From assembly GCF_965279055.1 (NCBI RefSeq), contig NZ_OZ257125.1, positions 4,271,322-4,335,321 on the forward strand: 64,000 nucleotides of DNA, in the 5' to 3' direction. The DNA is from Hydrocarboniphaga sp. Its GTDB lineage: Bacteria; Pseudomonadota; Gammaproteobacteria; Nevskiales; Nevskiaceae. Under the pieces are notes generated by a model that made no database searches, was not told where the DNA came from, and saw only the letters and a program-made list of their open reading frames with translations. Made by a program: the position numbers and the translations under genes. Positions 30,383-39,802 of this stretch are shown piece after piece. Every line of letters starts with the position of its first letter. Positions within the stretch are counted from its first letter, which is position 1.

Positions 30383-31606
30383 ATGACGCAGGTGATGAAG
30401 GGCGTACGCGTGCTGGAAGTTGCACAGTTCACGTTCGTGCCCGCGGCCGGCGCGATCCTCGCCGACTGGGGCGCCGACGTGATCAAGATCGAACATCCGG
30501 TGCGCGGCGATACCCAGCGCGGTTTCATCAACATGGGCGGCATCGCGGTCGACCCGAACCGTAACCCGCTGGTCGAGCATCCGAACCGCGGCAAGCGTAG
30601 CGTCGGCATCGACCTCGCCACCGCCGAAGGCCAGGCGCTGCTCTACGAAATCGCCAAGACCGCCGACGTGTTCCTGACCAACTACCTGCCCAGCGTGCGG
30701 CAGAAGAACAAGTTCGACATCGAGCACATTCGCGCGGTCAATCCGAAGATCATCTACGCGCGCGGCAGCGCCTATGGCGACAAGGGCGTCGAGCGCGACA
30801 CCGGCGGCTTCGACGGCACCGCGTTCTGGTCGCGCAGCGGTGTCGGCTATGCGATGACGCCGGCCGAGATGGAAGGGCCGCTGTCGCAGGGCATCATGGC
30901 CTTCGGCGATTCGATCGGCGGCATGTTCATCGCCGGCGGCATTTCCGCCGCGCTGTTCAATCGCGAACGCACCGGTGAAGGCGTCGAGCTCGACGTGTCG
31001 CTGCTCAGCGCCGCATGGTGGGCTTCGGGCGCGAACATCGCGCAGGGTCTGGAAACCGGGCAGACCACGCGCAATTCGATGCCGACTTCCGGCGGTGCCG
31101 CACGCAATCCGCTGATGGGCAATTTCCGCACCGCGGACAACGGCACGATCAATTTGTGCATGGTCAGCCCGACCGGCTTGATCCGCGACGCCTTCGAGCA
31201 TTTCGGCATCCCCGAAGCCGCCGACGATCCGCGCTTCGCCGACGTCAAGACGCTGATCGCCAATTCCAAGGCGGCGAGCGATCTGATCGTCGCCGCGTTC
31301 GCCAAAAAGCCGTTCGCCTACTGGCGTCAGCACCTGAAAACGATGAAGGGCCAGTGGGCGCCGATCCAGAGCCTGCTCGATCTGACCTCGGACGAACAGG
31401 CCCTGGCCAACGACATGCTGGTGGAGCTCGAAGGCGACGACGGCAAGCCGTTCAAGGTGGTGCGCGGCCCGGTGCAGTTCAATCACGAGCCGCTGAAGAC
31501 CACGCGCGCGCCGCAGGCTTCGGAACATACCGAAACCTTTCTGATGGAGCTGGGCCTGGACTGGGATCGCATCGAACAGCTCAAGGCTTCCGGCGCGATC
31601 GCCTGA
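30383..31606 (+). CDS. Family III CoA-transferase (CaiB/BaiF)
   Basis: GADVIKIEHP..GD, NRGKRSVGID, ADVFLTN, catalytic-Asp region FGDSIGG. Confidence 0.9.
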   Translation: MTQVMKGVRVLEVAQFTFVPAAGAILADWGADVIKIEHPVRGDTQRGFINMGGIAVDPNRNPLVEHPNRGKRSVGIDLATAEGQALLYEIAKTADVFLTNYLPSVRQKNKFDIEHIRAVNPKIIYARGSAYGDKGVERDTGGFDGTAFWSRSGVGYAMTPAEMEGPLSQGIMAFGDSIGGMFIAGGISAALFNRERTGEGVELDVSLLSAAWWASGANIAQGLETGQTTRNSMPTSGGAARNPLMGNFRTADNGTINLCMVSPTGLIRDAFEHFGIPEAADDPRFADVKTLIANSKAASDLIVAAFAKKPFAYWRQHLKTMKGQWAPIQSLLDLTSDEQALANDMLVELEGDDGKPFKVVRGPVQFNHEPLKTTRAPQASEHTETFLMELGLDWDRIEQLKASGAIA

Positions 31607-31646
31607 TCACCGTCGCATTGAAAAAAACAAAGACGTCGAGGAATCC

Positions 31647-31937
31647 ATGAAAGCGGGAAGCAAACTCAAGAGCGCGGTGTGCGATACCGAGGTGATGGTC
31701 ATCAAGGGCGCCGATGTCGCACTCGAATGCGGTGGCGCACCGATGGCCGCGGATCGTCCGGCCGAGCGCGCCGCGATCAATCCGGCGTTCGCCGAAGGCA
31801 CCAAGATGGGCAAGCGCTACGTCGACGCCAGCGGCGCCGTCGAACTGCTGTGCGTGAAAGCCGGCGCCGGCTCGCTGTCGATTGCCGGCGTCGCGCTGCA
31901 GCCCAAGGACGCCAAGCCGCTGCCTTCTTCCGACTAA
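31647..31937 (+). CDS. Small conserved hypothetical protein with internal duplication
   Basis: 96 aa, two similar halves, 3 Cys, C-terminal KPLPSSD; 10 nt upstream of an acyl-CoA ligase. Confidence 0.8.
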   Translation: MKAGSKLKSAVCDTEVMVIKGADVALECGGAPMAADRPAERAAINPAFAEGTKMGKRYVDASGAVELLCVKAGAGSLSIAGVALQPKDAKPLPSSD

Positions 31938-31947
31938 GGCAGCACCG

Positions 31948-33441
31948 ATGAATATTGCGCTGATCCTGCAGATGGCGGCCGACGCCGAGCCGGACCGCAT
32001 CGGCCTGGTCTGCGATGGACGACGCTGGTCCTACGGCGCGTTGCTGCAGGCCGCACGCGGCGCCGCGCAGGCGATCACCGATGCCGGTTGCCAGTACGTT
32101 GGCCTGCTCGACGAAAGCAGCGAGGCGGCATCGATCGCGCTGTTCGGCGCGGCGCTCGCCGGCGTGCCCTACGTGCCGCTGAACTATCGCCTCGCCGACG
32201 CCGATCTGGCGGCCTTGCTGCTGCGCATCGAGCCGGCTTATCTGATCGGCGACGTCGCACGCGTGCAGCGGCTCAACCCGGGGGCCGCGCACAAGACGCG
32301 CTCGCGCGCGGACTTCGTCGCCGAGGCCGAAAAGCTCGGTGAAACCGCATCCGCCGACGAGCAGGAAGGCGAAGGTATCGCCGCGCAGATCTTCACCAGC
32401 GGCACCACGGCGGCGCCGAAGGCGGCGCTGCTGCGCCACGCCAACCTGCTGTCGTACATTCTCGGCACGGTCGAATTCGGCGCGGCTTCGGAAGACGAAG
32501 CGGCGCTGGTCTGCGTGCCGCCGTATCACATCGCCGGCATCGCCGCGCTGCTGTCCTCGATCTACGCGATGCGCCGCATCGTGCTGCTGCCGGCTTTCGA
32601 TCCGGACACCTGGTTGACACTCGCCGCCACTGAGCGCGCCAGCAACGCCTTCGTCGTGCCGACGATGCTGTCGCGGATCATCGCCAGCATCGACGCCGGG
32701 AATGCGCCCGATCTGTCGTCGCTGCAGTCGATCGCCTATGGCGGCGGCCGCATGCCGCTGGAGCTGATCGAGCGCGCGCTCGTGCTGTTCCCGGCCACCG
32801 GCTTCACCAACGCCTATGGCCTGACCGAAACCAGTTCGACGATCGCACTGCTCGGCCCCGAGGATCATCGCAGCGCGCAGTCGTCCAGCGACTCGGCGGT
32901 ACGCGCGCGCCTGGCCTCGGTCGGCCGTCCGCTGCCGACGGTCGAGATCGAAATCCGCGACGAAGAAGGCCGCGTGCTGCCGGCCGGCGAGCGCGGCGAA
33001 ATCTACGTGCGCGGCGAGCAGGTCTCCGGCGAATACCGCGGCCGCAGTGCGCTCGACGCACAGGGCTGGTTCCCGACGCGCGACGCCGGCTACATCGACG
33101 CCGAGGGTTATCTGTTTCTGGCCGGCCGCGCCGACGACGTCATCGTCCGCGGCGGCGAGAACATCTCGCCCGGCGAAATCGAGGACGTATTGACCACGCA
33201 CCCGGCGGTCGCCGAATCCGCTGCGGTCGCGATCCCGTCAGTGGAATGGGGTGAAGCGGTCGGCCTCGCGGTCGTGACCAGGCCGGGCTATGCCGCACCC
33301 GGCGAGCCGGAACTCAAGGCGCTGATCAAGGAGCGCCTGCGCTCCTCGCGCGTGCCCGAGCGCATCGTCTTCGTCGACGCGCTGCCGTACAACGAAATGG
33401 GCAAGCTGCTGCGGCGCGAGGTGAAGAAGCTGTTCGGCTGA
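31948..33441 (+). CDS. ANL-family acyl-CoA synthetase
   Basis: TSGTTAAPK, YGLTE, TRD, GRADD, NEMGK; ATG 31948. Confidence 0.9.
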   Translation: MNIALILQMAADAEPDRIGLVCDGRRWSYGALLQAARGAAQAITDAGCQYVGLLDESSEAASIALFGAALAGVPYVPLNYRLADADLAALLLRIEPAYLIGDVARVQRLNPGAAHKTRSRADFVAEAEKLGETASADEQEGEGIAAQIFTSGTTAAPKAALLRHANLLSYILGTVEFGAASEDEAALVCVPPYHIAGIAALLSSIYAMRRIVLLPAFDPDTWLTLAATERASNAFVVPTMLSRIIASIDAGNAPDLSSLQSIAYGGGRMPLELIERALVLFPATGFTNAYGLTETSSTIALLGPEDHRSAQSSSDSAVRARLASVGRPLPTVEIEIRDEEGRVLPAGERGEIYVRGEQVSGEYRGRSALDAQGWFPTRDAGYIDAEGYLFLAGRADDVIVRGGENISPGEIEDVLTTHPAVAESAAVAIPSVEWGEAVGLAVVTRPGYAAPGEPELKALIKERLRSSRVPERIVFVDALPYNEMGKLLRREVKKLFG

Positions 33442-33465
33442 GCAGACGGCTGTCATCTCCGTCCT

Positions 33466-33562
33466 CCGTTCGTCCCGAGTAGCCGCCTTAGCGGCGTATC
33501 GAGGGATCCGATCGCGGTCCGGTCCCTCGATACGCGGGCGAGCCCGCTACCCGGGACGAACG
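33466..33562. repeat. REP doublet, family A
   Basis: CCGTTCGTCCCGAGTAGCC..CGTATCGAGGGA...TCCCTCGATACG..GCTACCCGGGACGAACG. Confidence 0.88.
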
Positions 33563-33581
33563 CAGAGCGGTGACGCCGTCA

Positions 33582-33650
33582 CGGCGGGCGCGACCCGCCC
33601 TACAAAAGCGGATGGCATCACACGGCGGGTCACGCCCCGCCGGCTTTTTG
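33582..33650. terminator. Paired GC hairpins, possible terminators between convergent genes
   Basis: GGCGGG..CCCGCC followed by ACAAAAG, and CGGCGGG..CCCGCCG followed by CTTTTT. Confidence 0.45.
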
Positions 33651-35261
33651 CGGCCCATGAAACCGCGGCCGTTGTGCCAGCCGTTTCGCCACCTCCGGAT
33701 AACGCTCCGGACGCAGGTTGCCGTACATCGAGATGCGCAGCGACTCCTCGGCGAAACGCCGCGCCAGCGGCGCCAGATCCTGAGTCGCACCGTATTGCGC
33801 GCGCGCCCACACCGGCCACAGGAACACACCGGCGAGCGTAATCACCGACAACACTTCGGTATCGACGTTGTCCTGCGACAGCGCGGTGGAATCGAAGCGC
33901 TCCGCCGAGCTGCGGTATTCACGCCAGAACAGATCGCGTGCCGGCTCCGGCGACGACAGCACATTCAGCAGCCAGGCGCGGCACAGCTCCGGGTTGTCCA
34001 TCGCGAAACCGGCGAGCCGGTCGCTCAAGGCCGCGACGTCGACCGAGCCGACCTTGCGGTCCTTGGTGGCGCCGGCGGGCCCGAACACCGCCTGAAACAG
34101 TTTCTCCGATACGCCGACCGCGGCCGCCGCGATCAGCTGGTCGCGCGTCTTGAAGTGCTGGTATGCAGTGCCGCGATTGACGCCGGCAATGCGCGCCACC
34201 TCGGCCAGGCTCAGGCCTTCGGGGCCGTCGTGCGCCAGGCAGCGTCGCGCCGCCTGCAGGATCGCTTCCCGCGTGCTCGCGGGGTCCGGCGAACGGCGCG
34301 GCTTGCGCGCTGACGCGGCGCGTTTCCGCACCGGCCGCGACCCTGGTGATGAGTCCCGCAATCTGATGGCACGACTCGCACTCGTACGCGAGGGCCGCAG
34401 CAGCGACTGCTGCGGCGTCGCACCGCCGAGCAGCTCCAGCTCACAACTCGAGTTGTAGGCCGACAGCAGCGCGGCGAGCTGTCGCTGCAGCTGCGCCAGC
34501 GACACGGAGCCGCGCCCGTCCACGGCCGCGGCGGCGATGGTCCGGTTCATGCGCTCGACCTGCGCGCCGGTCCAGCGCTGGCGCAGCTTCAGGCCGCGCT
34601 GGCGGATACCCGCGTCGGCGCAGGCCGGTGCAAACGAGGCATCGGCGGCGATTGTCTCGTCGGCCATCAGGCTACCGATGCGGCCCGGCACCGCGGCGAT
34701 CAGCGCGGCGACGAATTCGACCGCCGACGCCGCAGCGCCGGCGTCGTATAGCTGCGCAAATGCGTAACGGCTGCGCCGCTCGACCGCGACGATCAGCTGG
34801 TAGCGGCGTTTTTCGCCGAGTTGCGCGCTGCTCAGGTCGAAGCACAGCCCTTCGGCAGACCCGGCCGCAGCCTCGTCGCCGCTCGCGGGCAGACGCGAAA
34901 TGCCGTGCCGCTGCAGGCAGCGGTGCAGCGATGAACGGCTCAGCTGCGGAATGAAGCCACGCAGAGCCTGCAGACAGCCGTCGAGCGGCAGGCGCAGATG
35001 CTGGCGCAAGGCGACGACGATGCCCTCCTCGCGCAGGCTCAGGGCCGAGGAGCGCGGATCGCGCGGGCCCGGCTTGCGATCGTCCGGCGATGCACGGCGC
35101 CGCCATTTGGCGACGGTTTTCGGATTGAGCCCGTAACGCAGGGCCAGCTGGCGAATGCTGTCGTCACTGTGCCGGATCGCATGCCGTACTTCGGCGGGGC
35201 TACGCCGCAGCTGCTTCATCGATCGCACCCGATCAGGATTGGACAGGGTCTTTTGTACCAT
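33630..35261 (-). CDS. IS481-type transposase (HTH + RNase H/integrase core) fused in frame to a TetR-family regulator
   Basis: aa 1-290: RYGLNPKTVAKWRRR, GPRDPRSSALS, LPLDGCL..L...IPQLSRSSLHRCLQRHGISRLP, QVERMNRTI, AYN...L.G.TP (IS481 hallmarks). aa 319-543: TREAILQAA...GLSLAEVARIAGVNRGTAYQHFKTRDQL (TetR). One uninterrupted frame. Confidence 0.88.
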   Translation of the reverse strand: MVQKTLSNPDRVRSMKQLRRSPAEVRHAIRHSDDSIRQLALRYGLNPKTVAKWRRRASPDDRKPGPRDPRSSALSLREEGIVVALRQHLRLPLDGCLQALRGFIPQLSRSSLHRCLQRHGISRLPASGDEAAAGSAEGLCFDLSSAQLGEKRRYQLIVAVERRSRYAFAQLYDAGAAASAVEFVAALIAAVPGRIGSLMADETIAADASFAPACADAGIRQRGLKLRQRWTGAQVERMNRTIAAAAVDGRGSVSLAQLQRQLAALLSAYNSSCELELLGGATPQQSLLRPSRTSASRAIRLRDSSPGSRPVRKRAASARKPRRSPDPASTREAILQAARRCLAHDGPEGLSLAEVARIAGVNRGTAYQHFKTRDQLIAAAAVGVSEKLFQAVFGPAGATKDRKVGSVDVAALSDRLAGFAMDNPELCRAWLLNVLSSPEPARDLFWREYRSSAERFDSTALSQDNVDTEVLSVITLAGVFLWPVWARAQYGATQDLAPLARRFAEESLRISMYGNLRPERYPEVAKRLAQRPRFHGPQKAGGA

Positions 35262-35370
35262 CTATTTGCGGGATCTCGAAATCGGCGCCTCGCCCTCGCG
35301 GTGCATGCGGATCATCGGCCTGTACAACAGCAGGTTTCAAACACCACGACGATTGACGCCTGGATTTCCA

Positions 35371-35388
35371 ATGAACAACCATGTTCAT
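35371..35388. promoter_or_regulatory. Candidate operator, perfect 7-bp arms
   Basis: ATGAACA-acca-TGTTCAT between the divergent fusion gene and SDR. Confidence 0.7.
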
Positions 35389-35455
35389 ACAACGAAGCGA
35401 CGCCGGCTGAAGCCAGGCGCGCACCCACACACGCAGCGATACAGGAGAGAGCGCA

Positions 35456-36208
35456 ATGACAGCAGTGCTTGCGGGCCGCGTGGCGCTGGTCACCGGCGCA
35501 TCGTCCGGCATCGGCGAGGCGACGGCGCTGGCACTGGCCGCGGCCGGCGCCAGCGTGGCACTGTCGGCACGGCGCGAGCAGCGGCTGCATCAGCTGGTGC
35601 AGCGCATCGAATCCCATGGTGGCAAGGCGCTGGCGCTGTCCGGCGACGTCGCCGACGAGGCGGTCGCCACCGCGGCGGTGGAAAAGACCATCGCGCATTT
35701 CGGCCGTATCGACATCCTGGTGAACTCGGCCGGCATCATCCAGGCCGGCGGCGTCGAGAATGTCGACACCGACGAGTATCGGCGCGTGATCGACATCAAC
35801 CTGCTGGCGACGGTTTACACCTGCCGCGCCGCGATCGCCGCGATGAAGGCGCAGGGCAGCGGCGACATCATCAACATCTCGTCGCTGGCCGGACGCAAGG
35901 CCGCCAAGCTCTTCAATGCCTATACCGCCAGCAAGCATGCGCTGAACGCGATGACCGACGCGATGCGCCAGGAAGTCGGCGGCTTCGGGATCCGCGTCTG
36001 CATCATCAATCCAGGCGCGACCGCGACCGCGGTGTTCGAGAACGTCAGCGACCCGAAGATGCGCGCGACGATGCAGCAGCACGTCGGCAAGGACGGTGCG
36101 ATGGCAGCCGGCGATGTCGCCGAGGCGGTGCTGCTGGTCGTCAGCCTGCCGCGCCGCACCAGTATTTCCGAGCTGTCGATCCGCCCCACGATCGATACCT
36201 CGGCTTGA
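35456..36208 (+). CDS. SDR (YdfG-like)
   Basis: TGASSGIG, VNSAG, YTASK. Confidence 0.9.
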   Translation: MTAVLAGRVALVTGASSGIGEATALALAAAGASVALSARREQRLHQLVQRIESHGGKALALSGDVADEAVATAAVEKTIAHFGRIDILVNSAGIIQAGGVENVDTDEYRRVIDINLLATVYTCRAAIAAMKAQGSGDIINISSLAGRKAAKLFNAYTASKHALNAMTDAMRQEVGGFGIRVCIINPGATATAVFENVSDPKMRATMQQHVGKDGAMAAGDVAEAVLLVVSLPRRTSISELSIRPTIDTSA

Positions 36209-36240
36209 ACCACGAAGAATCCGTAGAAGGAAACCCACGC

Positions 36241-37056
36241 ATGAAAGACATCGAGTTCATCGACCTGTCGCCGCGCATCGCCACCGAAATCCGCGTCAGC
36301 CAGGAAACGCTGCTGAGCGGCAGGCGCGCACAGGAGATCCGCGCGCAACTCGAACAGCGCGGCGTCGTCGTGTTCAAGCAGATCCATCTCGACGACGAGC
36401 AGCAGGTGGCCTTCGCCGGCACGCTCGGCGAAATCATCCCGCAAGGCAACAAGGGCATCTACAAGGTCACGCTCGACAAGAAAGAAAACGACAGGGCCGA
36501 CTATCTGCGCGGTGCGTTCTACTGGCATATCGACGGCACCACCGACGACGTGCCGACGCGCGCCTCGCTGCTGAACGCGCGACGCCTGTCACCGACCGGC
36601 GGCCAGACCGAATTCGCCAACACTTACGCCGCCTTTGATGATCTGCCGGAGTCGGAGAAAAAGGCGATTTCCAAGCTGAAAATCGTGCATCACGTCGAAA
36701 CCATACAGCGCAAGATCTACGACGCGCCGACGCCGGAACAGGAGGCGAGCTGGAAGCGCTATCCGCCGAAGGCGCATCCGCTGGTATGGAATCACCAGAG
36801 CGGCCGCAAGTCGCTGGTGCTGGGCTCGACCTCCTCGCATGTCGAAGGCATGGATCCGGAAGCCGGCCGCAGGCTGATCGAGGAGCTGACCGCCTGGGCG
36901 ACGCAGCCGCAGTTCGTCTACCAGCATCAATGGACCTTGGGCGACCTGCTGATCTGGGACAACACCGGCACGATGCATCGCGTCGTGCCCTACCCGCTCG
37001 ACAGCGGCCGCATGATGCATCGCACGACCCTGGTCGCCGAAGAAGCGCTGGTCTGA
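36241..37056 (+). CDS. TauD/TfdA-family Fe(II)/2-oxoglutarate dioxygenase
   Basis: WHIDG facial triad, GGQTEFANT, WDNTGTMHR, MHRTTL; ATG 36241. Confidence 0.9.
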   Translation: MKDIEFIDLSPRIATEIRVSQETLLSGRRAQEIRAQLEQRGVVVFKQIHLDDEQQVAFAGTLGEIIPQGNKGIYKVTLDKKENDRADYLRGAFYWHIDGTTDDVPTRASLLNARRLSPTGGQTEFANTYAAFDDLPESEKKAISKLKIVHHVETIQRKIYDAPTPEQEASWKRYPPKAHPLVWNHQSGRKSLVLGSTSSHVEGMDPEAGRRLIEELTAWATQPQFVYQHQWTLGDLLIWDNTGTMHRVVPYPLDSGRMMHRTTLVAEEALV

Positions 37057-37096
37057 TTCGCGCTGACGACACGCGCTCACACACGAGAGAAACCGC

Positions 37097-37849
37097 ATGG
37101 GACGTCTGGCAGGCAAGGTTGCGCTGATCACCGGTGCCGGCTCCGGCATGGGCAAGGAGATGGCGCTGCTGTTTGCGCGTGAAGGCGCGCAAGTGGTCTG
37201 CGCCGATCGCAGCGGCATGCAGGACAGCGTCGCGGCCGCGATCGGCGAGGCCGCGGTCGCAGTGCACGCCGACGTCGCGCTGAGCGCCGACGTGCAGAAC
37301 ATGATCAAGCTGGCCGAGCAGCGCTTTGGCCGCCTCGACGTGCTGGTCAACAACGCCGGCTTCGGCGGCGGCATGGCGCCGTTGCACGAGCAGACCGAAG
37401 CACTCTACGACGACGTTCAGGCGGTGAACCTGAAAGGCGTGTTTCTCGGCATGAAATACGGCATCGAGGCGATGCTGCGCAGCGGCGGGGGCGCCATCGT
37501 CAACACGGCTTCGGCGGCCGGCCTGATAGGCTGGAAGAACCACAGCGTCTATGGCGCGGCCAAAGCCGGCGTGGTGCAGATGACACGCAGCGCCGCGCTC
37601 GAATATGCGCAGCAGAACATCCGCATCAACGCGATCTGTCCCGGCATGGTCTGGACCGGCCTGGTGAAAGCCTCGGCGATCCATGCGACGCCGCCGCCGG
37701 ATGCGCGGCCACCGTTCGGCGTCGCGATGGGCCGCTGGGGCCTGGCCACCGAACTCGCCGCCGCCGCGCTGTTCCTGGCCAGCGACGAGGCCTCGTACAT
37801 CACCGGCGTCGCGCTGCCGGTCGACGGCGGGTACGTCGCGGGGCACTAA
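37097..37849 (+). CDS. SDR
   Basis: TGAGSGMG, NNAG, YGAAK. Confidence 0.9.
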   Translation: MGRLAGKVALITGAGSGMGKEMALLFAREGAQVVCADRSGMQDSVAAAIGEAAVAVHADVALSADVQNMIKLAEQRFGRLDVLVNNAGFGGGMAPLHEQTEALYDDVQAVNLKGVFLGMKYGIEAMLRSGGGAIVNTASAAGLIGWKNHSVYGAAKAGVVQMTRSAALEYAQQNIRINAICPGMVWTGLVKASAIHATPPPDARPPFGVAMGRWGLATELAAAALFLASDEASYITGVALPVDGGYVAGH

Positions 37850-37971
37850 GGCCGCGATCCGGCTGCACCCATGCATCCCGCGCCGGCCGAGTGCCGGCAG
37901 CAGCTGATCCTCGACATGCACGGCGAACTCGACCGCTAGCTGCAGGCTTGCGCATACTGCGGGCCGGCTAA

Positions 37972-37987
37972 TAGACAGACCTGTCGG
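37972..37987. promoter_or_regulatory. Candidate operator RACA-N4-TGTY
   Basis: taGACAgaccTGTCgg upstream of the KstD-like gene. Confidence 0.6.
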
Positions 37988-38011
37988 CCAGGGCATATAA
38001 AAACTGCAGAC

Positions 38012-38075
38012 GGCATTCCCGCGCCGGCGACAGTACGGGCATAGCGTCGCTGCCCCCCGCTTTCGCGGGAGCGAC
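38012..38075. repeat. Degenerate family C palindrome
   Basis: CATTCCCGCG...CCCCGCTTTCGCGGGAGCGAC. Confidence 0.4.
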
Positions 38076-38100
38076 GACAGAAAGAGACGAGGAGCGCGGC

Positions 38101-39798
38101 GTGCAGCACTGGGACGAGACTTTCGACTTCGTCGTCGCCGGCTGCGGCGGCGGCTCGATGTGCGCGGCGCTGGTGATGCGCGCCGCCGGCAGGTCGGTGC
38201 TGATCCTGGAAAAGACCGCGCTGCTCGGCGGCACCACGGCGCGCTCCGGCGGCGTGATGTGGATACCGAACAATCCGGTCATGCAACGCGACGGCATCGC
38301 CGACAGCTTCGATGCCGCGAGCCGCTATCTCGACCAGGTCTGCGGTGACGCGGTCGATGCGCCGGGCGCGACGCCGCTGCGCCGCCGCACCTATCTCGAG
38401 CAGGCGCCGCGCATGGTCGAGTTCCTGATCCGCCAGGGTCTGCGCTTCACGCGCGTGCGCGAATGGCCGGACTACTACGACCAGCTGCCCGGCGGCTCGG
38501 TGCCGGGGCGCACCGTGGTCGCCGAGCTGTTCGATCTCAAGCAACTCGGCGACTGGGCAAAGCGGCTGAGGCCGAGCTTCATCGTCGCGCCGCTGCCGGC
38601 AACGCTGGAAGAAATGATGGAGCTGCCTGCATACAAGCGCTCCTGGCAGGTCCGGCTGCTGATGCTGAAACTAGCGCTGCGCCTGTTGCTGGCCAAGTTC
38701 AGTGGCAAGCATTGGGTCGCCGGCGGCGCGGCGCTGCAGGGCCGCATGCTGCAGGCGGCGCTGAAAGCCGGCGTCGACATCCGCAGCGAGGCGCCGGTCG
38801 GCGAGCTGATCGTCGAGGACGGCGTCGTCACCGGTGTGCTGACGATCAGGGACGGCAGGCCCTGGCGCGTCGCCGCAAAGCTCGGCGTGCTGGTCAACGC
38901 CGGCGGCTTCGCGCGCAACCAGGCGATGCGCGACCGCTACGCGCCCGGCACCTCGGTGAAATGGAGCATGGCCGCGCCCGGCGACACCGGCGAAATGATC
39001 GAAGAGATGCAGCGCATCGGCGCCGCGCTCGCGCAGATGGACGAACGGGTCGGCAACCAGATCACGCTGCCGCCCGGCGCCGAGGACAGCGAAGCCAAGC
39101 CGACCGTGCAGGCGATGACCGCGGCGCCGCATTGCATGCTGGTCGACCAGAGCGGCGCGCGCTACATGAACGAAGGCGGCTCGTACATGGCCTATGCCAA
39201 GGCGATGCTCGAGCGCCATCGCAGCGTGCCGGCGGTGCCGAGCTGGGCGATCTTCGACAGCCAGTACATGCAGCGCTACATGCTCGCCGGCACGATGCCC
39301 GGCAGCAGGAAGCCGCAAAGCTGGTATGACTCCGGCTACCTGAAAAAGGCCGACAGCATCGAGCAGCTCGCCGCGCTGCTGGACATCGATCCCGCCGCGC
39401 TGGGCGCGACGCTTGCACGCTTCAACGGCTTCGTGTGCCGCAACTGCGACGAGGATTTTCATCGAGGCGAGAGCGCCTACGACCGCTGGCTCGGCGACTG
39501 GCTGCATCGGCCGTCGCCATCGCTGGGCAGCATCGAGCGCGCGCCGTTCTACGCGGTCGCGGTATACCCCGGCGACGTCGGCACCTACGGCGGCGTGGTC
39601 ACCGACGAACATGCGCGCGTGCTGCGCGCCGACGGCTCGGTGATCACCGGGCTCTACGCCACCGGCGTATCCACCGCGTCGGTAATGGGCCGCGCTTATC
39701 CCGGCGCCGGCAGCAGTGTCGGCCCGTCCTTCACCTGGGCTTATGTCGCGGCGATGCACGCGGCGCGCCTCGATCCGCTGCATCTACACGAGGTATGA
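38101..39798 (+). CDS. 3-ketosteroid-delta1-dehydrogenase-like FAD-binding protein
   Basis: GGTTARSGGVMWIP, WPDYY, AGGF, RYMNEGGSY, GDVGTYGGVVTD, GLYATG, YPGAG. Confidence 0.85.
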   Translation: MQHWDETFDFVVAGCGGGSMCAALVMRAAGRSVLILEKTALLGGTTARSGGVMWIPNNPVMQRDGIADSFDAASRYLDQVCGDAVDAPGATPLRRRTYLEQAPRMVEFLIRQGLRFTRVREWPDYYDQLPGGSVPGRTVVAELFDLKQLGDWAKRLRPSFIVAPLPATLEEMMELPAYKRSWQVRLLMLKLALRLLLAKFSGKHWVAGGAALQGRMLQAALKAGVDIRSEAPVGELIVEDGVVTGVLTIRDGRPWRVAAKLGVLVNAGGFARNQAMRDRYAPGTSVKWSMAAPGDTGEMIEEMQRIGAALAQMDERVGNQITLPPGAEDSEAKPTVQAMTAAPHCMLVDQSGARYMNEGGSYMAYAKAMLERHRSVPAVPSWAIFDSQYMQRYMLAGTMPGSRKPQSWYDSGYLKKADSIEQLAALLDIDPAALGATLARFNGFVCRNCDEDFHRGESAYDRWLGDWLHRPSPSLGSIERAPFYAVAVYPGDVGTYGGVVTDEHARVLRADGSVITGLYATGVSTASVMGRAYPGAGSSVGPSFTWAYVAAMHAARLDPLHLHEV

Positions 39799-39802
39799 CG
39801 CG

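Noticed and set aside
33630-35345. Intact, active IS481 element
   Set aside because: No terminal inverted-repeat pair or target duplication is visible, and the transposase tail is replaced by TetR. Reported as a fusion CDS instead.
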